From Heteronotia binoei (Eukaryota), in assembly GCF_032191835.1 (NCBI RefSeq), contig NC_083227.1, forward strand, positions 142,166,001 through 142,230,000: a stretch of DNA of 64,000 nucleotides, read 5' to 3'. Of this stretch, positions 10,294 to 24,299 are shown piece by piece (the stretch's first letter is position 1; each line of letters opens with the position of its first letter). The position numbers and the translations under genes are program-made. The notes below the pieces were generated by a model, which saw only the letters and a list, made by a program, of their open reading frames with translations, had not been told where the DNA came from and made no database searches.

Positions 10294-11837
10294 TTAATAT
10301 TCCAGGCAGTAAGTACATACCACTTGGTATTCAACTAATAAGTGAAATCTATTTTTAAATACATAACCTACAATCTTACATACACCTGCTTAAAAATATC
10401 CACAAACTATTGATAGGGTGATTCAGGACTTGACATATCCCAGGCACCAGGTTGCCTAAGCACCTAGAAATTTAATTGTGGCACCTAGTATTTTCAGCAA
10501 TAATTATATGGTAGTGTCTTCTCAGCAATTATCGTGGCTTACTTATCATTTCACATCAAGCGTATTGCTGCATGCCGTACAAATAAAAGTGCTTGAAGTT
10601 CTTATCAATGCTTGTCTACACATAAATGTAACTTTAGGCCATTCCATTGTGGTGGATGAATTCACTGCATAAGCAGTTACTTTTTATATTAGCTCCAATA
10701 TTCAGTTAATCTGTCTTCCTTCTTCTGTCTCAGTGCTTCTGAAAACAGTAAAAAAATTATGAGATGTGTTACGGACTGGCTTCTGCTGTGGTGGTAACAA
10801 CAAAGATTACCCCATATGCTGGCTCCAATGCTTTTGTCAGAGTTTTAGTAAAATTGTGTGGAGGATTAGGGTTTGTGGTAGCAGTCATTAAACTATGAAA
10901 CTAAATTTCTGGGCTGGCTTCTACAGCCGGGGGGGTGGGGAGTCAAGGCCTGGGATAACCCCTCCCAAAGTTACAAGTGATATTTGCTCATGTGCAGATG
11001 TTGCACACAAAAAAATTGCTGGAGTGCAGGTAGCATTTTCAGTTACTATGGCATACAAACATTGGCAGCAGTCAGGATTACGAAGATGAACAGGTGACAG
11101 CTGCAGAAAGCTCTAAGGTCAGAGAGGCAAGCCAAACTGGCAGTGAGGGAGGGGGAACCTAGTCTGGTGGGGAGGGTGCGGTAGGACCAGATCTACAGCC
11201 AGCACTGAGGAGGAAATGGAATCTTCATAGCAATTGATAATTTCAAAGTAATAGTGAAGATTACCCACTGCTGCAAAACATTTCTGCTTACAGAAAATTT
11301 GTGGTGCGATCCTATGAATGTTTAACTACAAGTAAGGCCCACTGAGTTTCATGGGCGTAGGTCACACAAGTGATTATCTTAATATGCCCCATGCAATTCA
11401 GTGGGGCTTACTTATGAGTAAATGAATAGAATTATGTTGTCAGAGAGGGCTACTGCTCTTGCATAAGTTCTGGGTTTTAGGTTTCTCTTCTCTGTGTCTC
11501 CTACAAATTATATTAAACTCAGTTCCAAATTCTTTTAACGTGACTTTATGAGGTTCTCAGTCTTGCTGCCTGTCATTCCAGACCCACATGGAAGCTGGGG
11601 TTAAAAACTGTTCTTGGGCTATTTATGAAGAAAAGAGGTATGTTGATCATTGAAATCAAGAAGCTTAAATGTGCTAATTAGACTCTCAGTTGAGTGTCAT
11701 CTGACTCAAGGGAATTTCCTCAACACTGTGAAAAATTGTTCCTGATGGGCTTGTTGGCAAGAAGGAAGAAAGTGCATAGGCATGCAAAGGAGTGAACACA
11801 CAGCACAAGTGGCTTTGAAAATTTAGACTGTATAGGG

Positions 11838-12214
11838 CAGGGGTCCCCAACCCCCCATCCACGGCCTGTTAGCAACTAGGCCGCACAGGGCCTTGCCCCT
11901 GCTGCACCACGCGGTGCCTCACCCCCCCTCCCTAATTCACAATTCTAAGGCCTGGGAAGGGGCAGTGAAGTGCCGCCTTCCTGGGCTCTTTAAAGGCCGA
12001 CCCCCCCCCACCAATCAGCTGATCGGTGGGAAAAGCATGTGGAAGGCTGGGCTCCTATGCTCCTCTGGCATGCTCACGATCAACGCTGGGAGCTGCAGAG
12101 GTGAGCAACTTGCTGAAAAAGTGCCACCACCCTTGCCTCCTCCCCACTTCCTTCCCACGCCTTCCTTCGCTCGCCGCTGCTGCCCCAAGCATTGATCGTG
12201 AGAAAGTCAGAGGG
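11838..12214 (+). mobile_element. hAT-Charlie-type MITE (right end decayed)
   Basis: Starts caggggtccccaac. Internal homology to 29377-29952. Confidence 0.65.
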
Positions 12215-13869
12215 ATATAGGAGCATGGAATGTGAAAATGGTGGTTCAATTTGTTTTGTGTTTTTTTTTCCAATTTCCGGAACAATTAATGATTCTTTGG
12301 TTCCGGAAGGTGTTGAATGGCCCCTGAGTGGACTACAGACACCAAACTAATGGCAAACTCTTCAGTGGACTCTCCTCTACCTGCTGTCCAAGTCTGGCAC
12401 AAATTGGATATTTTTTGGGGGGGCCAAGCTATAGCCCCCCAAAGCAGGTGCCCCTAGTAAACTGCTCTAACAGTATGTCAAGCTGGAGAAAAAAAGGGAA
12501 GCCACCCTGCAGTTTCTGGTCCATTTCTCCCCCAGGAAGGTTGGAGGGGAGTGAAACAGTCTAAAAGCAGCAGCTCTATTTTCCCCATCCCCCTGCCTTC
12601 TGATCAGTTTCCAGTGAAACTGACCAGAAGGCAGAGGGATGGGTAAAATGGAGCTGCTGCTGACTAGAAGCCATAGGGGGCTGGGGAAAGCACAGCTGTG
12701 TTGCCTGGTCAGCTTCACTAAAAACTGACCAGAAGCACAGGGTGCTGGGGAGTCATGCCAGGCTGTCTGTAAAAATGAACCAAACAACATGCCAAGAAAA
12801 AAAGTGATTCATTTTCATGTTTGGGTGCAGCAGGATTAAAAAAAAAACAGTTCAGAACGAACCACAAACCCGCCATTTTTAGCAAATTATGATCAACGGT
12901 TCAGTTTTCGCCCATCCCTAGTTATTACCAGGCTTATAGTGCAATTCCATGGAGAGTTAGAGAAGCCCAATAATTTTTAATGAATTTAGGCTGGCTTAAT
13001 TTGGCTCAGGAAAGCACTGTGAGAACAACAGAAGTAGGAGGCTTAAGTCTGTATACAGAATGCATCTGAGAGAGGGAAATTATGCCATTTAATCCAACCC
13101 AGGAACAACCACAGCTGAAGGAGACGTAGATACAGACAGATCTCTAATACATAGCACCCATAGAACTGTGTGTATGAGTGCACAGACTACTTTCACTTCT
13201 GTATGTGTGCACAGACTACTTTCACTTCTTTCTTATTCTGAAGTGTTGGTTTTTGTTTTTAAAAAAAGATTGGATTTCTCTGTTCCTATCTGGCTTCATT
13301 TTCTTTCAAAAAGCCCCTGATTAGGAATTAGAACACTTGGACCTGTTCTGCTATCTTGGAGAGTGGAGTGATTTCAGATGCCAAGTGATAATAGCACACA
13401 CTGGCAATGAGGTAGGAAAACTAGCTCTCAGTTCAGACCAGGAGGATGCATTGTCTTGAGCTTCATTATCAACTGCAATTCAGCAGTTTCTCTTTCTAAT
13501 CTCTCTTTGAAATTCTTTTGTAAGAGCACTGCTATTCTTAGGTTAGCAACTGAATGTCAAGACTTATGTCCATTTATTCCTTGCATCCTCCTGGATGAAA
13601 TTAAGATCTAGGTTTCCTGTCTCGTTACCAACACAGGTATTTCCACATCTACTACCCCTCTGCATATCACACCTAATCCAATCAACCCTGCTATTGTCAT
13701 TCTCCTGCTATTGCCATTCGACATCTGAAATCAGTCTTATAAAGATTTTATCTCCGATACCTAGTGTTACATTTTATGGCATGCATGGCCTGGCCCAACA
13801 AATTGGCATTTATGTCAGAGTTGGCCCTTGTAACAAATGAGTTCAACACTTTTGCCTTATATTAAATTA

Positions 13870-14060
13870 ACTATTGATTCAAACAGTCCAGCATCTTCTA
13901 CTCTGATTAGCCGAGGACAGCAGAGGATGTCAAGGTCTTAACTACAAATTGTTTTGTGCCCTATTACAACAGGCTCATTTACCTGGAGATGCCAGTGTTT
14001 AAACCTGAGAACCTTTTCCCATATAAAGCATGCAGTCTACCAGTAAGTTACAGCCCCTCC
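13870..14060 (-). mobile_element. Old tRNA-derived SINE
   Basis: The reverse complement begins ggaggggctgtaacttactggtagact...ggtttaaacactggcatctcca (A/B-box like). A similar copy lies at 61520-61720. Confidence 0.45.
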
Positions 14061-15363
14061 TCTTATCTGGAAATCTGTATCTATAAAAGTGTACTCTAAT
14101 ATATAAACCCGTGCCATCAAAATGTATTAGGCTTTAAATTGTTCTTAAAAAAACTCTCATCCCTCTTTATTGTTGTAATAAGCTCTTTGGGACAAGAAAT
14201 GTAATCATTGTACAGAACCTTTTAACAAATCCTCAAATGGGAAAGAGCAATTTTTGTTGATTACCTCCTCCCATGGCAACCCTCCACTCTTCCCCAAGTG
14301 CTGTTATTAGGATTAATCCCAGAAGCAGTATTCTTGGGCTGCAGTGGGAAGGGAAAAAGAGAAAGCTGCATTCTTTGGATGAGACTCCTACCCTGCAGTA
14401 AGTTTTAACAGGATACAAGCTGTAGCTTTTAATACAGTTTTTCAAATACTACACAATATGTATACATTATTCAAAACAACCACCAATGCAAAGAAGTTAT
14501 GAATTGTTCCAAATTTCTTCATATTTTTGTGAAATAAATTTTCTTCACAACATAATATACATGTACACAATCTGTAAATGTTCTGTAGTTGTTGAAATAA
14601 ATGTATCTGAAATGACAACAAAAATTAAGAAAATGTTTTCTTGTTGTTAGCATATTTAGTATACAGTGTGATTAGGAATTATTGTTAAAGATACTACTGA
14701 GGTTTATACTAGAGAATACCATTCATGTACAAAAGCAAGAGTTATCCCACATTTCTCTCCATCACTGCAGCTACTGCTGACTTCTGGAAAGATAATTTCT
14801 GAGGTACCAGAATTCACAGACAGGAACAGATGTGAGGACTGGCAGGATGGAGTAAGGAGGAACAAGAGGATGAAACTGCTCTCCCCCAGCAATCACAACT
14901 CTGATAAGGGGAACAGGACAGAAGAACAATTTCAACTCTTTGTCCCTCCTCACTCAAGCCCTCCAAATCTGTGCAGTCATGATTACTGTTTCCTTAACAG
15001 ATAAACAGGAAAACTATTTCTTGCTTGCCATAAGCTGTTGAAAGTATGAAAGTTGCCTGTTTGCTGATACCTGAGGATCTGTTCAAGTGAATAAGATAAG
15101 CACAGGGATCATTGCCTGTGTTAAATGCCAAAAGTTAGTATACGCCAGGAAAAGACAAGTGGATATGATTATATACACTCCTTCATTAAAAGTAACATCT
15201 GAATCCTTGATTAAAAGGAATCTGTGAATTATCTTTACTGTGTATATACATTAATTTGCAGAGAATGAAAGCATTTGAATTCAAAGAAGGGGTTAAAAAG
15301 TGAACAAGCGATTCATACATTCATCATAGCCATCTTCCATGAGTTAATTAAATTATATCCTAC

Positions 15364-15527
15364 CTTCCACTGCTCTTTTGAAGAATACTTTGCAGCTGCC
15401 ACAAGTTAGGACACCATAATGACATCCAGAAGCCTCATCTGAGCAAACAAGGCAAAGTTTGGGAGGTGGTCCCGTAGCTGTTGAGGAGGTAGATGGTGAA
15501 GTGCTCACATCAGATCTCATTCCAGGA
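15364..15527 (-). CDS. NR3C1: Glucocorticoid receptor coding exon, end of N-terminal domain plus zinc finger 1 (human exon 3 equivalent)
   Basis: Translates (S)[54 protein letters not shown](G). [16 protein letters not shown] and the P-box GSCKV are GR-specific. Polypyrimidine acceptor ...tttactcccttag at 15528, donor AAG|GTAGGA at 15363. Length 164 bp. Confidence 0.97.
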
Positions 15528-17429
15528 CTAAGGGAGTAAACAAAGCACAAAGCAATCAAGAGAACGGAACAAAATCATTAAAAAACAAATCAACCTGTGA
15601 CTCTTGGTTTCAAAGGACTTTGGTCTGCTAATAAGCCTCCATGGTCAAAAACTGAGAAAACTTGCGTTTTTGAGACAGCCATATTACTTTAAGTCAAACA
15701 TTTCATATGCTTTAAAGCCTTATCAGTCAGTGCCTTTTATACAAATTTCAGGACTGTATGAGCTTAATGATGTTCACACTGAAAGAAGTGCACCTACTTC
15801 TTTTTTTTAAAAAGTAAGCAACTATCACAACAATTATGTTTCAAAGTATAGCTTTTCTATTTCATTTTTGACTAGAAGAAAACATAAGAATTGGACGGTA
15901 CTGTGACACAAGCAGTTTAGTTATGTTTAATCTATGTATTTTTAATCTGAATAAATGGCATTAGGAAGTTAATTGGAAATCTGCCTAGATGCTCATTTTA
16001 CAAGTATTGTCTTGAGGCTATTAAGATCAACAGAATGTTTAAATGCTTGAATTTATACACATGGTACTTTCACAGGGATAAACCACAATACTTTTTTTTT
16101 TAAAGAGTATTACATAATCTTGGCCCAACAGCAACTGGAACAGTGGTGGCTGCTGGAGGATATTAGAATATAAGATTGTCTGAGGCAATAATTCCTAATT
16201 GCAATTTAACATATGAACTTGTACAGCAAAACTAGATGTTTAGGCTGACTGAACTGAGATCTCACCAATGAACTGATCTGAGGCTGCTTTAAAATATAAC
16301 CTTATTAATACAACATTAGAAACTGACTACACCATTCTTTAGCGTGAAAACACAGATCTTTAATCTGGGAGTATATGCTCATTCCCAAGAAATCCACTTG
16401 TACTTTTGAATGGTAAATGTAGAACTCTCATATTATCAAAACAGACTTAGACTTGGTGACTCTTAAAACCTAGTAAAACTTGAGCACATGAAAGCTGTAT
16501 ATGTCATTTTTAAACGTATGGGAAACCACACTCTCTTTGCCTATTGTACTCTTCTATGTGCAAAGGTATAATTATTTAATGCAATGGTATCTATTTGTAC
16601 TGCAGTTTCCCATGACACAATATGAAGACTCTGTCTACATTCAGCTTTCATTTTTGACTTGCTATGAACTACTCCATTCTGTCGTTTTAAAAATACATCG
16701 AAAATATTGGGGCTAGCTCAAAATTATTATTATTTTTCAGGAATGATCCTAAAGCACAGAGAAACTAAAAATGGTTGGTTGTTTAGAATAAAATAGATAA
16801 GTGACTGTAGTGAAAATGAACAGGCTAATCTAATCATCAGATGTAATGAGCTGGCAACCCTGTCCAAAATGTGCAAGCTACTTTTATCCTTCAAAACAAA
16901 AATGTTTAGGGGCAATATTGTGCGTTAATAAATCTTCTATCAATTGACCCACCCTTGTTCTGTGTGCCAAAGAAAGCTTTACTTTTTATGCTTGTGTTTG
17001 AGAGTGCATTAACAGTCCATCAGTGAAAATAAAGTCTACATTTAGAACTTTCTGGTCATTTCACTGGTCAAGAGGGTGCAGGGTCTTTTATTTACAAAGT
17101 TATTTTAAATGTACAGCTCTTCCCTCCGGGCCTGTAGCCATGGGTGTGTGTATGTGTGTGTATCTGTGAGGACACTGCCCCCTGACTTCCAGGGGGCCCT
17201 CTGGGATGTGGCCTGCTTTCCCTCTTTTTTTGCCATGGCTGAGCCAGTAAAGCAGCAGCAGCCGCTGGAGCTGGGAGAGCTGAGCAGGGTATAGTGCACT
17301 GCAGCAGCAAAAGCAGCAGGCGGAGAGAAGGGAGGTGGAGGAGCAAGAGGAAGCTACATGAAATGAGCTTGGGGGGGGGGGGAGAATGGATAGAGCTGCT
17401 GGCTGCAAAGTGCCGGGGTAGGGGAGAGG

Positions 17430-18160
17430 GAAGTGGAAAGAAACCCCCCATAAGGACTTGGCACTGCTACATTCTGGACAAGCTGGAGTTTCCAGGTCAG
17501 TCTCAAGGACAGCCCTGTATAGACTGAGTTACAGTAGTCTAATCTGGAGTTGAAAATGTACAGATTACCATGGCTAGGTCAGGGTGGGACAGGTAGAAAG
17601 CCAGCTGCCTAACCTGGTGTAGATGGAAAAAATGCTAGTCTGGCAACATTTGTGATCTGGGCCTCCACTGATAAGGAGGCACCCAGAATCACAACCAGGC
17701 TCTTGACAATTGGTGTCATATCAACGGCACACTGTCACGAGCTGCAGTTCAGCACTCCAAACCTGCAGCCCCCCTCCAGCCACAGAACCTCCATCTTAGC
17801 AGGATTCAGTCTAAACCAGTGCTGTTTCTACGATCCCACCATAGCCTCTAGCCCCTCAGCCAAATTTGCTGTGGCTGTATTCAGCCAACCACCCATTAAC
17901 AAATACAGCTGGGTATCATCAGAGTACTGACATCCCAGCCTGAAACTCTGCACCAACTGGGCAAGGGTAGATGTTAAACATCATTGGAAAGAGGATTGCC
18001 TAATGAGGATCCCCACATACCATTGGGTGCCCCAGTTGACACCCTCTCTCCCCAACCTTGGAGGAATGAGGCAAGCCACTTCACTACCTCACAAACTCCT
18101 ATGTTGGCAAGGTGGTAGGGTCAGAAGATCATGATTAACCATGTAAAACGCTGCTGTAAA
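17430..18160 (-). mobile_element. L2 LINE fragment (RT and C-terminal region)
   Basis: The minus strand encodes CQYSDDTQL (YADD-like), RLNPAKMEVLWL and RLDYCNSVYTGL, all L2 signatures. Confidence 0.8.
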
Positions 18161-19435
18161 AACAAACAAGTAGCAGCAGTGCTGACCCACCTCAATCCAA
18201 CTTGTTTACAGAGATAGTCTGTGAGGGTGACTAGTGCTGTCTACTGAACTGGAATGGGTCCAACACCAATGTGTATGCTATACAAGTGTATTCTTCTAAT
18301 TCATGAATTTGTTTCCAAACTTTGAAAAAACTGAGTTCAAATAATTCCAGAACATGTTACTCTGTTGCCGCCAAAATAATACTAAGGGTATAATAAACAC
18401 ATTTATATGTAGCGCTGGCTTTTGTAGGACATGGCCCATAGAGCTCATTGTTCTATGCCACAATCAATTTGTTAAGTTTAAAGTGACACTTGCTGTTTAA
18501 TTAATGATCATTTTAGAGAGCAGGCTCTAACTTCAAAATGCCACAGCATGGAGATAAAAGGTCCTAGGTTCCCTTGGTTTTTTTTTTTTCTGGGAGGGTG
18601 GGGTAATTAAAAGTTGTTTAATCTTAAGAATGGATTTGCATGACCCTTTGCCAGTAACATTGTCTGAATTTCTGAAGTATTTAGAAAGGCATCCCCTTTT
18701 TTTACTAACACAGCACCACTTTATAGAGCTTGTGAAATGGGCAAAGGGCATTTAAACCTTATTTATATAACTACTGTCTATAAGCAATGGCAAAAGCATC
18801 TGTACGAAGGGCAGTGTTCTGAATCAGATATGCAGACGGTATAGGATCCGTGCAAGTACAACAGTTGCTTTCAAGAAAAAGTGCCAAACAACTATCAGTT
18901 TATTTTCTCTCCTTTCACAATACAATATTTGCTACAACACTTGTTGACATATGCGAACCATTCTAATTTCCCCTTGAGGTTAACATTAATATTAGAAGTC
19001 TAGTGTGGCTCACAGGTGTTCATGGATCTTTGTGTCCCTGCAGTTACCATCCTTATCTCTTTCAAGGCCAGGCACAAGAATGTTGTAATTGGTTAATCAT
19101 GAGAACCTGTGCTCAACTGTGTAACCAGATTAGGAGCAGTTGCCAACATCCTCTAGAAAGTTCCTCAGAAGAAGATCCCTCATTGGACCACAGCGACCAC
19201 CTGATGCCATTGGATAGAAAGCTATAATAAAGATATAGGCCAGAGAGAGTCTCACTAATGCTGTGCTAGTATGCTTTGATATGTTATGCTTCATCGTGAT
19301 GGACTGCTATGTATAGAATGCTTAAATGCTATCCTTTGGATATTATCCTGCAAGAAGATTTGTGATCTAATTAAAGCTGGGCACAAACGTAAAAAATGGT
19401 TCAGTTTGCGATGTGTTGGATGCACACAAGAAAAC

Positions 19436-22400
19436 CAGACCCTTTAAACATTATATAAAGATTTATTAACTCATTAAAAGAATTCATTACACAGTACAAT
19501 CTGACCAGTTTAGTAACAAGGACCAGGAACCCAGATCCCTAATTTCCTTGCTCTCCCAATAAGGTAAGTTGACCTCCAGAAGGGGAGCCACTTAAACAAA
19601 CAGGATTTAAAGAGGACTGTATTTTTTTTTTTTAAAGCTATCATGAAGGTAGAATGCCAGCACGGGGGTGGGGGCTTTCCAGTGTTTTGCACTGTCACAT
19701 GTATGACTGTTTGCCCGCAGGACAGAAGTCTTGAGTGTGTGCTCGATGCAAGGAGCTCCTGGTCCTCAGGGAACGAGTTCGTACCCTTGAGGCCGAGGTG
19801 ACTGCCCTGGAGAAGCAGAGACGGTCAGTTAGGCACTCAGGGAAGACTCTCGAGGGTGTATTAGATAAGCCCCGCTCTGAACGTGGCAGCCCCATTGCTG
19901 CCAGGCAGCATGAGGGTCGAGAGAGAACAGGGCACCGTGCTGAGGATAAGGGGAATGCGCCCTCAGGAGGGACCTCTTCTTCAGTTGGTAAGTGGGAATC
20001 CTTTTGTGCCAAGGAACCATCCCTGGGCAGGGAGGGGGGGGGGGTCTTGACAGTTGGTGATTCGATCCTTAGGCAAGTAGACAGCTGGGTGGCAAAACCA
20101 CGTACTGACTGTATGGTGACTTGCCTGCCTGGTGTGAAGGTAGCAGACATTACGTGTGTAGAAGATAGGCTGATAGACAGTGCTGGGGAAGAGCCAGTGG
20201 TTGTGGTGCATGTTGGCACCAATGATGTGGGGAAATGCAGTCGTGAGGTCCTGGAGGAAAAATTTAGGCTGCTAGGCGGGAGACTTAAGGCCAGGACCTC
20301 CAAGGTAGCCTTCTCAGAAGTGCTACCTGTTCCACGTGCAGGGCAGGAGAGACAGGCACAAATTAGAAGTCACAATGTGTGGATGAGACAATGGTGTAAG
20401 GAGGAAGGGTTTAAGTTTGTTAGGCACTGGGATGCTTTCTGGAACAAGTGGGAGCTGTACAAAAGAGACGGTCTCCACTTGTCCCCAGCTAGAACCAGGC
20501 TGCTGGCGCTTAAAATCAAAAAGGTGGCAGAACAGTTTTTAAACTAAGTCTTGGGGGAAAGCCGACAGGAGATGAAATGTCTCTGGTTCGGGAGGACTCA
20601 TCTCAAAGAGATGAAGGGTTAGCTGTTACTTTTCTACCGGGTAATGGATCAGAGTGGTCCACTGTGATGATGACAAACAGTATGGACTGTCTGCCAAAGT
20701 CTCGAGGCGGCAGGAGGAAGGTGGCGGGCCTAGCTTGCCTGGGAAATTATAGATGTTTGTATGCAAATGCTAGAAGTGTTCAAAGTAAAATTGGTGAATT
20801 GGAATGTTTAGCGTTGGGAGAAAACAGACATTGTGGGAATTTCAGAAACTTGGTGGAATGAGGAGAATCAGTGGAACACAGTGATTCCTGGATATAAGTT
20901 ATATCGGAAGGATAGGGAGGGAAGGGTTGGAGGTGGGGTGGCTCTGTATGTCAGAGAGAATATACGGTCCAGTAAGACGGAGGTCAGATAATTAGATTCC
21001 CTTCTAGAAATGCTTTGGGTTGAAATAGAGGGCCCAAAAAGAAATTTAACTATGTGAGTTTGTTATCGCCCCCTAAATCAAAAGATAGAGGATGATTATA
21101 ATATGATGGAAGGATTAAAGATAGCGGCTAAACGTAAAAAGTGTCATAATAGGTGATTTTAACTACCCGCAGATTGATTGGATCAATATGTGTTCTGGTC
21201 GAGAAAAAGAGATTGAGTTTCTTGATGCTCTCAATGACTGTGCTATGGAGCAGATGAACTCAGAACCTACCAGGGGTGGGGACGATCCTGGATTTGGTCC
21301 TAAGTAATGCTCAAGACTTGGTGAGAGATGTAAAAGTGATCGCACCGCTTGGGAGCAGTGACCATAATGTTATTGATTTCACCATTTGTATAAATAGGAA
21401 GTTGCCCCCAAAGACCAGCACAACCACGTTTAACTTTAAAAGGGGTAAATTCTCTGAGATGAGGGGGCACGTGAAGAGGAAACTGAAAGGAAAGGTAAAT
21501 ACGGTCAAAACCCTTGGGGAAGCTTGGAGGCTATTTAAAACTACAATCCTAGAAGATCAGATAAAATATACACCACAAGTTAGGAAAGGCACAAACAGGT
21601 ATAAGAAAAGGCCTGCATGGTTAACAAACAAAGTAATGGAAGGTGTAAAAGGTAAAAAGGACTCCTTTAAGCGGTGAAAAACCAGTCGGAGCGAGATTAA
21701 TAAAAGGGAACACAGGCTGTGGCAAATCAAATGCAAGACTGTGATCAGGAAGGCAAAAAGGGACTATGAGAAGCATACTGCAAAAAACATAAAGACCAAC
21801 AATAAAAATTTCTTCAAATATATTAGAAGCAGGAAACCAGCCAGGGAGGCAGTGGGGCCCTTGGATGACCAAGGGGTCAAAGGATTACTGAAGGAGGATA
21901 GGGAAATGGCTGAGAAGCTGAATGAATTTTTTGCCTCTGTCTTCACTGTAGAAGATGAGAAGTGTTTGCCTGCTCCAGAACCACTAATTTTGGAAGGGGT
22001 GTTGAAAGACCTGAGTCAAATTAAGATGACAAGAGAGGAGGAACCACAAATGATAGACGAATTAAAAACTAATAAGTCACCAGGTCCGGATGGCATACAT
22101 CCAAGAATTCTGAAAGAACACTAAGTTGAACTTGTGGATCTTCTGACAAAAATCTGTAATCCTTCATTGAAATCTGCCTCCGTTCCTGAGGGCTGGAAGG
22201 TAGCAAATGTCATTCCCATCTTTAAAAAGGGTTCCAAAGGAGATCCGGGAAATTACAGGCCAGTCAGTCTGACTTCAATACCGGGAAAGTTGGTAGAAAC
22301 CATTATCAAGGACAGAATGAGTAGGCACATTGATGAACACGGGATATTGAGGAAGACTCAGCATGGGTTCTGTAAGAGAAGATCTTGCCTCACTAACCTG

Positions 22401-23642
22401 TTACATTTTTTTGAGAGGGTGAACAAACATGTGGACAAAGGAGACCCAATAGATGTTGTTTACCTTGACTTCCAGAAAGCTTTTGATAAAGTTCCTCATC
22501 AAAGGCTCCTTAGAAAGCTTGAGAGTCATGGAGTAAAAGGACAGGTCCTCTTGTGGATCAAAAACTGGCTGAGTAATAGGAAGCAGAGAGTGAGTATAAA
22601 TGGGCAGTCTTCGCAGTGGAGGACGGTAAGCAGTTGGGTGCCACAGGGCTCAGTACTGGGTCCCATGCTCTTTAACTTGTTCATAAATGATTTGGAGTTG
22701 GGAGTGAGCAGTGAAGTGGCCAAGTTTGCGGATGACACTAAATTGTCCAGGGTGGTGAGAACCAGAGAGTATTGTGAGGCACTCCAAAAGGATCTGTTGA
22801 GGCTGGGTAAGTGGGCATCAACGTGGCAGGTGAGGTTCAATGTGGCCAAGTGCAAATTAATGCACATTGGGGCCAAGAATCCCAGCTACAAATACAAGTT
22901 GATGGGGTGTGAACTGGCAGAGACTGACCAAGAGAGAGATATTGGGGTCGTGGTAGATAACTCACTGAAAATGTCAAGACAATGTGCGATTATTAGGAAT
23001 TATTAGGGGAATTATTAGGAAGGGAATGGATAACAAATCAGCCAGTGTCATAATGCCCCTGTATAAATCGATGGTGCGGTCTCATTTGGAGTACTGTGTG
23101 CAGTTCTGGTTGCCGCACCTCAAAAAGGATATTATAGCATTGGAGAAAGTCCAGAAAAGGGCAACTAGAATGATTAAAGGGTTGGAACACTTTCCCTATG
23201 AAGAAAGGTTGAAACACTTGGGGCTCTTTAGCTTGGAGAAACAGCGCCTGCGGGGTGACATGATAGAGGTTTACAAGATAATGTATGGGATGGAGAAAGT
23301 AGAGAAAGAAGTACTTTTCTCCCTTTCTCACAATACAAGAACTCGTGGGCATTCGATTAAATTGCTAAGCAGTCAGGTTAAAACGGATATAAGGAAGTAC
23401 TTCTTCACCCAAAGGGTGATTAACATGTGGAATTCATTGCCACAGGAGGTGGTGGTGGCTACAAGCATAGCCAGCTTCAAGAGGGGATTGGATAAAAATA
23501 TGGAGCAGAGGTCCATCAGTGGCTATTAGCCACAGTGTGTGTGTGTGTGTGTGTGTATAATTTTTTTTGGCCACTGTGTGACTCAGAGTGTTGGACTGGA
23601 TGGGCCATTGGCCTGATGCAACATGGCTTCTCTCATGTTCTT
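19436..23642 (+). mobile_element. Near full-length CR1 LINE (4.2 kb), inactivated
   Basis: 10 bp TSD ACAAGAAAAC at 19426-19435 and 23643-23652. ORF1 at about 19643-20547 has a Zn-finger, coiled coil and SGNH esterase (VGDSILR, VHVGTND). ORF2 at about 20577-23529 has an APE endonuclease and RT (KFADDTK), with several stops and frameshifts. The 3' UTR has (GT)n and TTCTYATG octamers. Confidence 0.95.
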
Positions 23643-24299
23643 ACAAGAAAACAAAGAAGCTATCTTTCTATCTCATACATTATATACCTGAGTATTAGAT
23701 CTAGGAATGGGCATGGATTTCATCATGAACCTATTTTCTTGAGGAACATCGCTGGTTTGTGGTTCACAAACCTGTCAGTGCACTCTCAGTTCCACTCACC
23801 TCACAGGGGAAATGATTTCACTGATTGTGAGAATTAATAGAGGTCATGATTACAGCACTTCCATGGATGGAATTATTTCTGCCCATGATGTGCCACTTTT
23901 ATCATCTTCCTCCCTTGCTGAAGCCCAAAACATCCCTTGTACTTACTGAAGACCATACCATTTTGTACTGCCTCCCTCCCACAAAAAAACAGTGACAAAA
24001 AAAAAACAAGCAGAGAAATTTATTTTTTCCTGCAAACAGTAGTATTATTAAGATTCAATCCATGGATGAAGAACTAGGTAGTATAAGAACCAAACCAGGT
24101 GTGGGTTAAATGACTTGTGCCAAGTTGTAAAATTCCATAAACCATAACCCAGAAACAATGTACATTTCAAAAGTTTTCTGTCTTTTCTTTAAAATAGCAT
24201 GTCTATTACAAAAGGATTGTCAGTATTTACCTCCAGGAGACTAAGATAAGAGTCCTCTAGAAGTTCAGAGATCAATTCATGTAGACAAGTCAAAGTTAC

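Noticed and set aside
13170-13229. Small local tandem duplications (also near 50710, 55563 and 56010)
   Set aside because: Routine slippage products.
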